Shown here piece by piece: positions 21,845-31,984 of a DNA stretch of 64,000 nucleotides; position 1 is the first letter of the stretch; each line of letters opens with the position of its first letter. Origin of the DNA: Trypanosoma brucei (lineage: Eukaryota). The DNA lies in contig CH464491.1 of NCBI GenBank assembly GCA_000002445.1, positions 2,240,001-2,304,000 of the forward strand, in the 5' to 3' direction. The translations under genes and the position numbers were made by a program. The notes beneath the pieces were generated by a model that was not told where the DNA came from, did not search any database, and saw only the letters and a program-made list of their open reading frames with translations.

Positions 21845-22399
21845 ATGAGCCACCCAGATGGTTCCGGCAAAGCGGGATCATCCATTACGCATGCTATGGC
21901 TTTGCACATGATAAGCAAGGCCTCTTTGCTTGCAGGGCACTCAACTCAACAGCAAAACAATGGAAGTGGGTCAGTAGGCAACTTCTCCGATACGCTATCA
22001 AACATTAGTGGGTTTGCTGCGAGCGCTGCCGACAATTCAGTGAGAAATGGAGCTACGGTGGCCGCCTCTGTCGGTAATCATGAGCGCCACGGCCCCGTGT
22101 GGATCGCTCTATTGATATGGCTAAGCTTCATCTTGGTGGTTATTTTTATCATCGCGCGCTTCGTGCTTTGGTGCCTGAGCTCGCGCCGAGCCGCCCGTGC
22201 GGGCTACAACGAAATTTGGGATGGGGTAGGTTACAGTGGCAATCGATCTGCCATGGCAGCGACGGATGGCGGAGCTCCTTCAAGCACGAGAACCAGCGTA
22301 GTAGGAAACGCTTCTCGGCAGCAGTTTCGTCATTCGCGGCAGAAGGCTGCGAGACGCTCGTACGGGACAGAAAACCCTTCAGCCGAGGTGGAGGTGTGA
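21845..22399 (+). CDS. hypothetical single-pass membrane protein, 184 aa
   Basis: The track ORF starts at TTG 21815, and the first ATG is 21845 (MSHPDGSG). One strongly hydrophobic segment is present (VWIALLIWLSFILVVIFIIARFVLWCL). The C-terminal tail is Arg-rich. Confidence 0.4.
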   Translation: MSHPDGSGKAGSSITHAMALHMISKASLLAGHSTQQQNNGSGSVGNFSDTLSNISGFAASAADNSVRNGATVAASVGNHERHGPVWIALLIWLSFILVVIFIIARFVLWCLSSRRAARAGYNEIWDGVGYSGNRSAMAATDGGAPSSTRTSVVGNASRQQFRHSRQKAARRSYGTENPSAEVEV

Positions 22400-22819
22400 G
22401 AGAGTCATAGAATCTTGTTCCGCATCCTGTGCATATGAGGAGGGAAAGAGTCAGTCGGTGATTCCTCCCATTTGGGGGACAATGTACGGGGGAAGGAGGG
22501 AAAAGGAGTGTGGGAGAAGGCAGAAGCTGGTACTTTTTACACAACTGAAAGTCCTCTGCGGTTTCGCGCACAACGTGTGGATTATTGTTATTGTAATTAT
22601 GTTGATGAATCGGTTTGAGCCTCTTTGCAAGTTTCGCCCTCTGAGTTTCTCTGTAGGGTCTCTTTCTTCCTCAACACTGCATCTTCCTTGTGAAATTAAA
22701 GGTTGAGAGTTTTATAATAGAGAGTATATTACGTCTATCGCAAGCGTTCGTAAAAGCAGATACACGCGCAGAAACGAACGGAGGAACCTCATTAGGTACG
22801 CAACTCTTCCGCCAGAGTT

Positions 22820-24088
22820 ATGAACACCATTTTCCGCCTTTTTCTGTTATTCGTGCAACTTTATGGCATCTCAGATCCCGCTACTGGGTCTAGCAGCTAC
22901 ACCACGGCAGGAATGGGGCGGGCGGAGGTACCAGAGCCCGAGTGGAGTTACTCCAACCTTGCGGCATGGCCACCGCTATGCCACACAGGGATGCACCAAA
23001 GCCCCATCTCCTTCAAGAATCTTACGCCGTCAGAGCTGCGGTGCACCAAGCCTCCGCAGCCATTGGAATTTTCTGAAGGATGTACCTTCAAGGCCGAAAG
23101 CACTTCCCTAAAAATCGACAACGGCGTTAACACGATCCGTGTTACGTTCCTTCCACTTGGTAAAACGGCTGGTGATCGAACCAACGTTTGTACTCTCCGC
23201 GATCCGTCCGGTGCTACTGGTGCCCAGAAGTATCAGCTTACTGCCATGCACTTTCACGCGCCACCAGAACATCTTTTCCCCCACGCGGCGCCCGATGCGG
23301 AGCTACACATTGTCTTCAAAGCAGAGGATGAACACAGTGTGGAACCCGCTGTTGTCGTCGCAGTGCAACTCGCTGCATCCGACGCAGCAAACACATCTGC
23401 GACGCGGGCACTTAACCACATTATGATCGACGGCCCGTTACCGCCGCGGCAGGCTTCCACCACATGCACCCTTGAAAGAAATTTGACTGTTGCCGAGATG
23501 TTGCCGCAGCGTCAGAGTTACGTAACATACAGTGGCTCCCTAACAACTCCACCATGCACGGAAGGGGTTCGCTTTGTAATAATGACAACCCCGCAGCTCA
23601 TATCGAAGGCGGCTTTCAACAAGTTGTCGCAGGTACTCCGCCAGACGTGGCCAGAGAATCGGCTGGGGAACCGGCGGCCGACTCAACCTCTGAACGGGCG
23701 GGAAGTTTGTCGGTACGTGGATGGCAGGCATCCGAAGACAAGCAATGGGCAAGGTGTATGGGGAGACTACCTTGACACCATTCCTGCCACTGGTGATTCA
23801 GTGAGTGAAGGTGGTAATCCATCTGGAAGTGAGGAGGGGGTAAAAGGCAACCTGAGTGGAGCTGATGTTGGTGCAAATCAAACGGAAGAAGAGAAAGATG
23901 GAAAGCAGCTGTGGCCTTACGTGCTTAAACCCCATGAAGCCATCCTTTTCACGGCTGCTGCAGTTATTCTCGTTGTTGCGGCACTCATTTTGTACTGGTG
24001 GTCAAACAATGCAAACGAAAAAGTTGATGCCAACGAGGCGGAATGGTTGGGCACCGCAGCTGAGGTGTACGGGACATCCTCCCTCTAA
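22820..24088 (+). CDS. alpha-carbonic anhydrase-like protein with an N-terminal signal peptide and a C-terminal transmembrane anchor, 422 aa
   Basis: The start is ATG at 22820. A signal-like N-terminus is present (MNTIFRLFLLFVQLYGISDP). Alpha-CA hallmarks are 'WSYSN...QSPISF', the zinc triad 'HFHAPPEH...AELHIVF' (His94, His96 and His119 equivalents), and 'SYVTYSGSLTTPPCTEGVRFVIM' (cf. CA2 '[22 protein letters not shown]'). A C-terminal TM helix is present (AILFTAAAVILVVAALILYWW). Confidence 0.8.
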   Translation: MNTIFRLFLLFVQLYGISDPATGSSSYTTAGMGRAEVPEPEWSYSNLAAWPPLCHTGMHQSPISFKNLTPSELRCTKPPQPLEFSEGCTFKAESTSLKIDNGVNTIRVTFLPLGKTAGDRTNVCTLRDPSGATGAQKYQLTAMHFHAPPEHLFPHAAPDAELHIVFKAEDEHSVEPAVVVAVQLAASDAANTSATRALNHIMIDGPLPPRQASTTCTLERNLTVAEMLPQRQSYVTYSGSLTTPPCTEGVRFVIMTTPQLISKAAFNKLSQVLRQTWPENRLGNRRPTQPLNGREVCRYVDGRHPKTSNGQGVWGDYLDTIPATGDSVSEGGNPSGSEEGVKGNLSGADVGANQTEEEKDGKQLWPYVLKPHEAILFTAAAVILVVAALILYWWSNNANEKVDANEAEWLGTAAEVYGTSSL

Positions 24089-24371
24089 ATTGTTCCTCTG
24101 TGCGTTTGCTTTTGTGCCGAATGTGACGACTGAGTGAGTCAGGAAGTTATGTGTGTATGTGCAGAGGGCGTTATAACTCTCTTCACACCAATGTCGGGTG
24201 GAGTGGGTTGTGTGATATCTTGCTTCTCTTCTTTGTTGTCTTTCTCCTTAATTGTGCGGAGAGGCGCGCGAAGAAATCGTTCCCCTGACATCTGTATCCC
24301 TACATCCTACACCATAAATACTGTCAAACGTGTATGGTGCCCAAACGCACTAACATTGTATTTAACGTCCC

Positions 24372-26789
24372 ATGTTCAGAAGGGCGTATCACACGAACCT
24401 TGGGAATGCCCACTTGTATCATCCTCTTCACCAACCTAAGTTTCACCGCAAGGATACAAATTTAAGGGTCCAGAGAAAACAGGGTCACACGGCCCATATG
24501 ACGTCACCTCACCTCCTTACGTTCAGCCAAGAAGCTGTGTGCGTTGCCGAGGAGTTTGGTGTGGCTTTCTATGCTCCGAAGAACTTGAAGAAATTTCAGG
24601 TTGAACGCTTCAACGGGGTGAGGATTGCAGGGATATACGCTACAAAGGCCTCTGACGGTGGGTCTCACCTCCATGTAGTGGATGTTGAGGCCAACTGGTT
24701 CCTTGTCTCCCTTTCTCGCGTTGAGGTAGTCTCCTCATCATCCATTGAACTTTCTGAAGAAAATTCTGTCAAGCAAAGTGAGTCCTCGCGCCACTCCGAG
24801 GAATGCGCGCGTCGACTACCGAACACTGAAGGGATTTTGGAGGCTCACTTTCATGAGGCCGGTGGCGTACTTCACTGCGTGGTTCTCACACGATGGGGTG
24901 CATATGAAACGGTGCTAACTAATACAAGCAGAATAGTGGCGAGGAACATTATATCTTTTCCGTTTGAGATGCGGAATTGTTTTATGTCCGTAGGGAGAAC
25001 AAGTGGTCTTGTTGTTGTTTGCCAGCGGAGTGAGAAGTGGCTGCGATACTCCCTTTTCGAGCAGCGTGATAACGAGCGTATCAGGATGTTTGATTCTCCA
25101 GTTAATGTTCAAAGCTTTGCTGTGAACCCCATTTCCAATTCAGTGGTTTTGGGCGGTACACGGGGTGAGATGGTACTTTACCCTTCTATTACTGAGAAGA
25201 ATTATTTTTCAGATCATTGGCATCATACGCCGTTAACGGCGCTCAGTTTTTCCATAGACGGGAAAGCATTTTACTCAGGGGCCCGTGAAGGGATGATATT
25301 GGTGTGGAATACCTCGTCATATACCTACAAGAAGGTAAGCTGTGGTTTGGGTTGTATCAACAGCATCGCAGTGCCAACGGGAAATGGTTCAAGAGTATTA
25401 CTGAGTTGCGCCGAATCCACCATTGCCGTGCTTGACCTCTTGCAAATGCAGGTAGAGAAGTTCGTTGAGGGCGTACAGTGGTCTACCGATGAGTCGTGTA
25501 GCGGGCTCGTGGTGAGTCAGTGGATGGGCCAGCCGGCAGTGATTCTTACGGGGTTGCCTAACGTGGTGCGTGTTTGTGATCCCTTCACTCAGCAGGCGAT
25601 CTACTCTCTTCACATATCTTCCCAGATGGAGACTATACCGAGCCCCCCGCGTCATGGCATTCAATACGTGGGGTTGCTAAACAACAACCGCACAATAGTA
25701 ACCTATGAGGAATTTAGTGGTGTTTCGTTGCCGTCGTTATTGCGCTTCTGGGCATACAGTTCTGATTCTAAACGGCATGAAGAATCGATGACAATTTGTT
25801 CACCCCATCGCAGTCAAGTACTGGCACTGACGACGGATGACACCCAGCAGCGAGTCTTTACCCTCAGTGGCGAGGCGATGAAATGCTGGGTGGAATGCAA
25901 AGAAGATCTTAACGATGCGCACGCAATCGGGAAGAAGACTTGGGGCAACCAATCGAGCTGCGTAACTCCGTCGCGCCTTGTGCAGGATTTAATTATTTCC
26001 CACGACGGCTCCTTATGTTTCATCTCCGATGATAATGTTCACGTCTATAACGTCAAAGCCTTACATCCGGGACAACCATGGCAGCGGGTTCTCACCTTAA
26101 CGCAACATTTTTCACTTTCTCCGCTGAAGAATCTGACGCTACTGCACGAGTGCCGTGCACTTGTGGCCACTGACGCCGAACGCGTGTACTTTTGGTCGTT
26201 AGCCAAGCCTCGCCGGCAGGCAACGATATGGAAGGACAAAGGAGTCGGAGGGAAGGCGGCTGGCATCACAGCCATGTGCGGGTTTTCAGTGAATTCTGTT
26301 CTTGTGGCAACAGAAAGATGCAACCTCTGGGAGCTGAGCGCTGCAGACGTGAACGAAATGGGAAAGGTTGTTGGTCAAGCAAATAGCGCCACGGAGCACC
26401 GTATTACATTCATGAAACCACTGTCCCTTCTTAAGCAGCCAGACCGAATTGCAGTAGTGGACAGCGTTTCTGGTTTTCGAGTCATGCACGTCTCACTGGA
26501 AGGGAAGGGAGGAGTTAATGTGCAGCAATTTGAGCGTACCACTGCGAGAGACGAATCTAATGAGACACTCTCGTCGCTAAAACAGTACTTTCAGGAGGCC
26601 CCTGTGAGAAGCAACAACTTTGACGGAGCGGACGAAAATGCCTCCACCATCCTGGACCGCGCATCTCAAGTGGCAGAGGCACAGAAATGGCTGGTGGGGG
26701 TCCTGGCGGACTCCGCCTACACCGCCCCACCTATGAGTGCCTTGCTTTCTTCATATTTGCAGAGACGTGCGGGTGTAGCAACGTTTTGA
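24372..26789 (+). CDS. WD40-repeat (beta-propeller) protein, hypothetical, 805 aa
   Basis: The start is ATG at 24372, with an alternative in-frame ATG at 24498 (MTSPHLL). Several WD-like units are present, e.g. 'LTALSFSIDGKAFYSGAREGMILVWNTSS' and 'VVLGGTRGEMVLYPS'. The upstream spacer is only ~280 bp. Confidence 0.65.
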   Translation: MFRRAYHTNLGNAHLYHPLHQPKFHRKDTNLRVQRKQGHTAHMTSPHLLTFSQEAVCVAEEFGVAFYAPKNLKKFQVERFNGVRIAGIYATKASDGGSHLHVVDVEANWFLVSLSRVEVVSSSSIELSEENSVKQSESSRHSEECARRLPNTEGILEAHFHEAGGVLHCVVLTRWGAYETVLTNTSRIVARNIISFPFEMRNCFMSVGRTSGLVVVCQRSEKWLRYSLFEQRDNERIRMFDSPVNVQSFAVNPISNSVVLGGTRGEMVLYPSITEKNYFSDHWHHTPLTALSFSIDGKAFYSGAREGMILVWNTSSYTYKKVSCGLGCINSIAVPTGNGSRVLLSCAESTIAVLDLLQMQVEKFVEGVQWSTDESCSGLVVSQWMGQPAVILTGLPNVVRVCDPFTQQAIYSLHISSQMETIPSPPRHGIQYVGLLNNNRTIVTYEEFSGVSLPSLLRFWAYSSDSKRHEESMTICSPHRSQVLALTTDDTQQRVFTLSGEAMKCWVECKEDLNDAHAIGKKTWGNQSSCVTPSRLVQDLIISHDGSLCFISDDNVHVYNVKALHPGQPWQRVLTLTQHFSLSPLKNLTLLHECRALVATDAERVYFWSLAKPRRQATIWKDKGVGGKAAGITAMCGFSVNSVLVATERCNLWELSAADVNEMGKVVGQANSATEHRITFMKPLSLLKQPDRIAVVDSVSGFRVMHVSLEGKGGVNVQQFERTTARDESNETLSSLKQYFQEAPVRSNNFDGADENASTILDRASQVAEAQKWLVGVLADSAYTAPPMSALLSSYLQRRAGVATF

Positions 26790-27904
26790 TTGCCATTATC
26801 TGGTCTACAGTGCTAAGTATCTCAGTTGTAATGGTGGTTGTTCTGTGCATTGGGGAGCAAGTGACGGCGGGAAACCACCGGGAAGGGCAATCAATTGTTG
26901 ACGTCCAAATGTGCGAGTTGTTAACCATACACGAGGGTTGCGATGTATGTGGTGTGGTAAACTAATCATTTAAGAGCCGTAAGTATCACTGTGCAGAACA
27001 TGCTGTGGATGCGTAGGGGAAAAGAAAGGAGGAGGAGGGAAAGAGTGTGTGGCCTAGGTGGCGCTTTTTCTCATTCTTTTTGTTCTTTAAAATCACAGTG
27101 TCTCGTTATAAACGTTTAACCTCCCCCATTATTTTGCCCAAGAAGACACGAGCAGCGGGCGTCCTTAAATGTTAACTCATTGCATGAATTCTTTCACTCT
27201 ATCGTTACCGGCCCCTTGAAAATGTGCTGTGTATTTTCTCTGTTGGGCTTATAATAGGAAAGTGACCGTCCAGAGGATATCCAATGCATGGATTAATTCG
27301 TTGTTAGGTGCTATTAAAGTGTATGACCCTTCCGTGGTGGCCCATGGCGACACGTTACTCCTACGATTCGCCGCCTGTCCGGACAGTGGTTCGTAACATT
27401 TACACCTATCAATCATGTTTTCTCTCCTCTTGCTCCTTGTAGGGGCTAGGGTGTACGGCATGCTCGCCTCCAAAAGGTATTTGAGTGATCTCACACACAC
27501 CATGTTGTTGCATTGTGTGATGTCAGCATGTAAAGGCATGGCTGCAAATGTATGCGTATACGTGAGGAATGTAGGAACGGTATATACCGCTACCGTGTTA
27601 TGACAACTTGAGACGGAGTGGGCCAAAATAGGTGTGATAAGGCGGGATGGAAGGAAATGACCTCAGGGGGCTATATTGTGTGATGCCGTCTCTATGGAGG
27701 CTTAACGTAACCGCGTGTGACTCAAATACCCTTTAGGTTACAGGTTTTTTTTTTTGCATCCGTGAGGAATTCAAAAAATAAAGACGAACGTAACTCTTCG
27801 CCTTTCTTTGTTTCGTTAGTGGTAGGTTACTTGACACTTAGATCCCTACACATACTTCCTTTTTAGGCTTCAATATAGTAAGCATTCTACAACAGTGTTG
27901 TTAC

Positions 27905-28738
27905 ATGGATGATGTTGGTGACGAAGAGGTGGTGGGCATGCATGCAGACAAAGATGACTTAAACAGCTTGCTCATGTCAACGAAAACGGCGTCGGAGTAT
28001 GGTGTTGAGGCTAGCGGGCGGTGGGTTTCACGCCCGAAGAAACGTGCCAGCAGGAAACCAATGGACGCTGGGGTGAGTACTTATGACGTTCAAAAGAAAT
28101 CACGCGCAGAACATAGCACAAATGGCGTGTCACAGGCGGGTGTTGACGGCAACACTGGTGGGACAATTGATGGAACGAGCGAGCCTTTTCTATCATCTGA
28201 TAGGGTCTTGGCCCCGTGCCCACGTGAGGTAATGGTTAATCGTGTCATGGAGTACGTAATGATGAGGGAGTTGGGTGGCCGTCACAACACCACGCAATGT
28301 GGCGAGGAAGGATTCGCTCCCTTTCGTGCGGCGCTGCTTGCCGAAACTGCTTCAATGAGACCAGTGGCGGAATACGATGTCATTCACTCAGTACGCGGCA
28401 TGTCTAGTGTTCCTTGCCACGAAAAGGCACCGGATGCTGTTGTGCAATACCGCAGGCGGTTGTACTGTTGCTCCTACGATAGGGACCTGGTGGGTGGCCA
28501 CTCGTCAGGCAAACCGCCCCATACGCGGGAACACCTGCGCGCGCTTGTAGGCTCGGGGCTTAGAGGTAAAGGATCAGGTGAGACCGTGCCTGTGCGCACC
28601 ACTTCCCAAGCAATTTGTGAAGCAGGTAAACCAGATGTGAAAGCTGGCACAAATACGGTCCTGTTCGATGACACTAGATTGAAGCCGGCGAGTAGTTTCC
28701 TGCAAGACTCTTCCTCGGGTGACGACGAGAGTGTGTAG
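27905..28738 (+). CDS. hypothetical protein, 277 aa
   Basis: The start is ATG at 27905. The ORF is uninterrupted and co-directional, with an acidic N-terminus. I recognise no motif. Confidence 0.4.
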   Translation: MDDVGDEEVVGMHADKDDLNSLLMSTKTASEYGVEASGRWVSRPKKRASRKPMDAGVSTYDVQKKSRAEHSTNGVSQAGVDGNTGGTIDGTSEPFLSSDRVLAPCPREVMVNRVMEYVMMRELGGRHNTTQCGEEGFAPFRAALLAETASMRPVAEYDVIHSVRGMSSVPCHEKAPDAVVQYRRRLYCCSYDRDLVGGHSSGKPPHTREHLRALVGSGLRGKGSGETVPVRTTSQAICEAGKPDVKAGTNTVLFDDTRLKPASSFLQDSSSGDDESV

Positions 28739-29084
28739 GTTAATACTTGGTGTTTTGATGCCTTCCCCATTGTGTATGTTTTGTTTGAGTTTCAGGTGAA
28801 GTCCGACTGCACATAACGTCTCCCATACCCCTGTTTAATTATGCCACTGCATAGCAAGAGTGAACCCTGTTCTTTTGCCCAGTTTGCTCTGTGAACGCAT
28901 GCATTTTTTGTCCATGTTTTGTTGCAACAATCGCCCCACATGTCTTTGACACGCTCTCATTTGTGTAACCGCAGAGTTTACGGCACTAGCTTTGCAGTGC
29001 GGTGACACACGCATAGATTTATTTTGTTATATCTTTTACATATATTTCCCCCCGTCGGAGTATACCTCGCATTTGATCAACACG

Positions 29085-31772
29085 ATGGATGAAACACCGA
29101 ATGCTGTAAAGCAGCTATATACGGATGTGGAGTACACCATAGGGTCCAACCCAGAAATGGAGAAGCAGGTGAAGCACGGCTGTGTGGTTATCGGACGGCT
29201 GCGTGTGTACTCAAGCTATAACTCGGGCCTTGCATTTGTGCGTAGTGGTGCTTTCCCAGCGGATGTTGTTGTGAAGGGATACGGAAGTATTAATCGTTTT
29301 TTGCATAATGATGTGGTTGCGGTGCAACTTCTTCCCATGGAGCAATGGGAAGACGTGGTTTCGGGTGAGTTGGAACCGGATGGCGACGATAAGGATGAGT
29401 TTCGCACGATGAGACCGGATTCAGAGAGACTCCCCGATGGGCGGCGCATCACACGGTGGATACGAGACACCACGATGAATAACAGAAAAAACCGAGAGAT
29501 GTGGCTGGCGGAGATGATGTCCGCCCCAACCCAGCACAACTGGCATGGCAAGAAGCCGTCGGGAAGTGTGATAGCCGTCCTCGAGCGTAAGCACCCACTG
29601 CTTTTTGTGGCCCGCTTGGCCGACGACGCGCTCTCCTCTCAGGAGGTTATACAGGACAGACGCTTCTACCGTTTCAAAGTATTTGATCAATTACTTCCTC
29701 ATATCGCCGTTTTTGGCCGTGATATTCCTTTTAGCCTGCGTGAGAGTATCAGGGAACGGTTTTACTTGTTACGTCTGGAAACGACAACTGGTGGGGACAT
29801 AGTGTGGGTGGAATCTCGTTTTCCCACTGCAAGGATAATATCCACGTTTGGTAGTGTGCACTCGTTGCGTGCAAACACTTTCGCGATTTGCTCTGCGCAC
29901 CACATTGTCACGGACGACTTCTCAGAAGAGGCGTGCAACTGTATACCCGACCGGCTAATAATTCCGAACTCAGAGGAAATGAAACGAACCGGTCGCCGTG
30001 ATCTGCGCAGAGAAGAGTTCGTGTGTAGTATCGACCCTGCCACGGCCCGTGATCTGGATGACGCCCTTAGCATAACCTTATTGCCAGGAGGGTACCGTGT
30101 TGGGGTTCATATCGCCGATGTATCACATTTCGTTTCCCCGGGGTCGGCACTTGATGAGGAGGGTCGTGCGCGGGCGACGAGTGTGTACCTTGTGGACCGA
30201 GTTTATCACATGCTTCCACGAAAACTGAGCGAGGAGTACTGCAGTTTGCACCCAGGGTCCGATAAACTTGCTTTCTCTGCCATCTTTCAGTTGGACCTCA
30301 ACGGCAAGCTGAAAGGGGAATGGTTTGGAAAGAGCGTTATCCGCAATCGTTGCCGCCTCTCATATGATGATGCTCAACGAATTATCGATGGTAACCTAAC
30401 TACCCTTGATGCATTAGATTACGGTGGCGTAACGGATCGCCGAGAGCTTTCGCAGCTGAAGGAACGTGTTGCGACGTCGGTGAAACACCTTTTCGATCTG
30501 GCATCCAAACTCCGCGCTGCAAGTTTTGAACGGGGTCGTCTAGCGTTTTCCACTCCTGAGATCGGTTTTCACTTTGAGGACATATCGAATCCCACGCACC
30601 CAATTGGGTTCAATGTCCATAGGCAGATAGAGGCAAATTGGCTGGTAGAGGAGTTTATGCTGCTTGCCAACTTACGAGTCGCCCAAAAGATTGTGCAATA
30701 CCTTCCTGACCAAGCAATACTGCGTGTGCACCCACCACCGAAGAGGGTTCTGTTTGAACAGCTGAAGCTGTCTCTTGCAAGAGTGAACATTGAGCTGAAA
30801 GGACGATCCAACAAGTCGCTCGAGCAACTTCTTAATAGCGTGAGGGATCATCCGTTGCGGGACGAAATTTCTATCATGGTGAAGAACACTCTGTCTCTAG
30901 CGAAGTATTGTACAAACGGTGAAAATTTTACTAACAAAGTTCCCCTCGGGCACTACGCTCTAGGGTTAGAGTGGTATACGCACTTCACCTCACCCATTCG
31001 CCGCTACGCTGATATCATCGTCCACCGGCAGCTACTATGCGCTTTGGAGATCGAATCAATTGTAAAGGGGAAGCACCGCACCGGCAAGACATGTGCGGGT
31101 GCTGTTGGAATGGAGGTGGAATGTCTTGACTCAGCGGAGTTTTTTACTTCCACTTATGAAGTCATGAATATTGCAGATGAATGCAATGAGAATAAGAGGG
31201 CTGCGGACAGTGTGAGCGAAGCTTCACTAAAACTATTCTTCTGTCACTATCTCAAGTCCTTGCGGTCTCTGTGGGTTTCGAGCAACAAAGAAGATCCCTT
31301 TATTCCACGCGTGGATGCCGTCGTCATAAGCGTGGCTCCTGAAAAAAAGGTGTTGATGCTATACGCAAGAGTGGTAGGGATCAGTGTTGAGATTAGTTTA
31401 AAAAGTAAGACACAAAAATTTGTTGCGGAAAGCGGTAATAATGAGAATAGGGATGAGTCCAACAAGGAGGAAACTGCGTCGCTTCACAGTGAGATAAGAA
31501 GAAAAAGAGGGAGCGCCACTGGGGGAAATCACAGGGGTGGGGAGAGACAAAAGAGCCCTCCACGTGCGCAAGAGGCGAAGATAACCATCAACTGGGGGTT
31601 ACACCCCCAAACTAATGAAAAGGTTGAAGAGGAGATTAAAGAACTCATGATGGTTTCCGCCGTCCTAACAATAAAACGAAACGTGAAAGGCTATGAGGAA
31701 CCGGATATGATTATGGACCCACCGTGGTTGCGGGACGAAAAACGGATGGCAATACCCACAAGTCTCGTTTGA
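29085..31772 (+). CDS. RNB-domain 3'-5' exoribonuclease (RNase II/R/DIS3 family; DIS3L2-like architecture without a PIN domain), 895 aa
   Basis: The track ORF begins at TTG 28992, and the first ATG is 29085 (MDETPNAV). RNB motifs are 'CSIDPATARDLDDALS' (motif I), 'VYLVDRVYHMLPRKL', and 'HYALGLEWYTHFTSPIRRYADIIVHRQL' (motif IV). A cold-shock-like N-terminus is present (GCVVIGRLRVYSSYNSGLAFVRSG...VVAVQLLP). The C-terminal tail is RG-rich. Confidence 0.85.
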   Translation: MDETPNAVKQLYTDVEYTIGSNPEMEKQVKHGCVVIGRLRVYSSYNSGLAFVRSGAFPADVVVKGYGSINRFLHNDVVAVQLLPMEQWEDVVSGELEPDGDDKDEFRTMRPDSERLPDGRRITRWIRDTTMNNRKNREMWLAEMMSAPTQHNWHGKKPSGSVIAVLERKHPLLFVARLADDALSSQEVIQDRRFYRFKVFDQLLPHIAVFGRDIPFSLRESIRERFYLLRLETTTGGDIVWVESRFPTARIISTFGSVHSLRANTFAICSAHHIVTDDFSEEACNCIPDRLIIPNSEEMKRTGRRDLRREEFVCSIDPATARDLDDALSITLLPGGYRVGVHIADVSHFVSPGSALDEEGRARATSVYLVDRVYHMLPRKLSEEYCSLHPGSDKLAFSAIFQLDLNGKLKGEWFGKSVIRNRCRLSYDDAQRIIDGNLTTLDALDYGGVTDRRELSQLKERVATSVKHLFDLASKLRAASFERGRLAFSTPEIGFHFEDISNPTHPIGFNVHRQIEANWLVEEFMLLANLRVAQKIVQYLPDQAILRVHPPPKRVLFEQLKLSLARVNIELKGRSNKSLEQLLNSVRDHPLRDEISIMVKNTLSLAKYCTNGENFTNKVPLGHYALGLEWYTHFTSPIRRYADIIVHRQLLCALEIESIVKGKHRTGKTCAGAVGMEVECLDSAEFFTSTYEVMNIADECNENKRAADSVSEASLKLFFCHYLKSLRSLWVSSNKEDPFIPRVDAVVISVAPEKKVLMLYARVVGISVEISLKSKTQKFVAESGNNENRDESNKEETASLHSEIRRKRGSATGGNHRGGERQKSPPRAQEAKITINWGLHPQTNEKVEEEIKELMMVSAVLTIKRNVKGYEEPDMIMDPPWLRDEKRMAIPTSLV

Positions 31773-31949
31773 TCAAAGTGCCCTCCGTTATTTTTTCCTT
31801 TTTCGTTTTTTACTTGTTACGTTGTGTTGTACTTTAACTTCTTTGACGTCATAGTCTCGGGTAATTACAGCGTCTTTCTTCCTTTTATTTATTTATTTCT
31901 TGGAGTGGATCTTAGCGAATTGTTTTTATTTTTCGACAGACACGCCCGC

Positions 31950-31952
<3 letters not shown>

Positions 31953-31981
<29 letters not shown>
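31953..31981. repeat. (TA)14 microsatellite
   Basis: Seen directly in the 3' flank of the RNB gene. Confidence 0.9.

Positions 31982-31984
<3 letters not shown>

Noticed and set aside
28992-29084. N-terminal 31 codons of the RNB ORF as given in the track (and similar GTG/TTG-initiated extensions at 2528, 21815, 35389, 40679, 47182 and 57978)
   Set aside because: The track uses bacterial alternative start codons. Eukaryotic initiation needs ATG, so the starts were reset to the first in-frame ATG.
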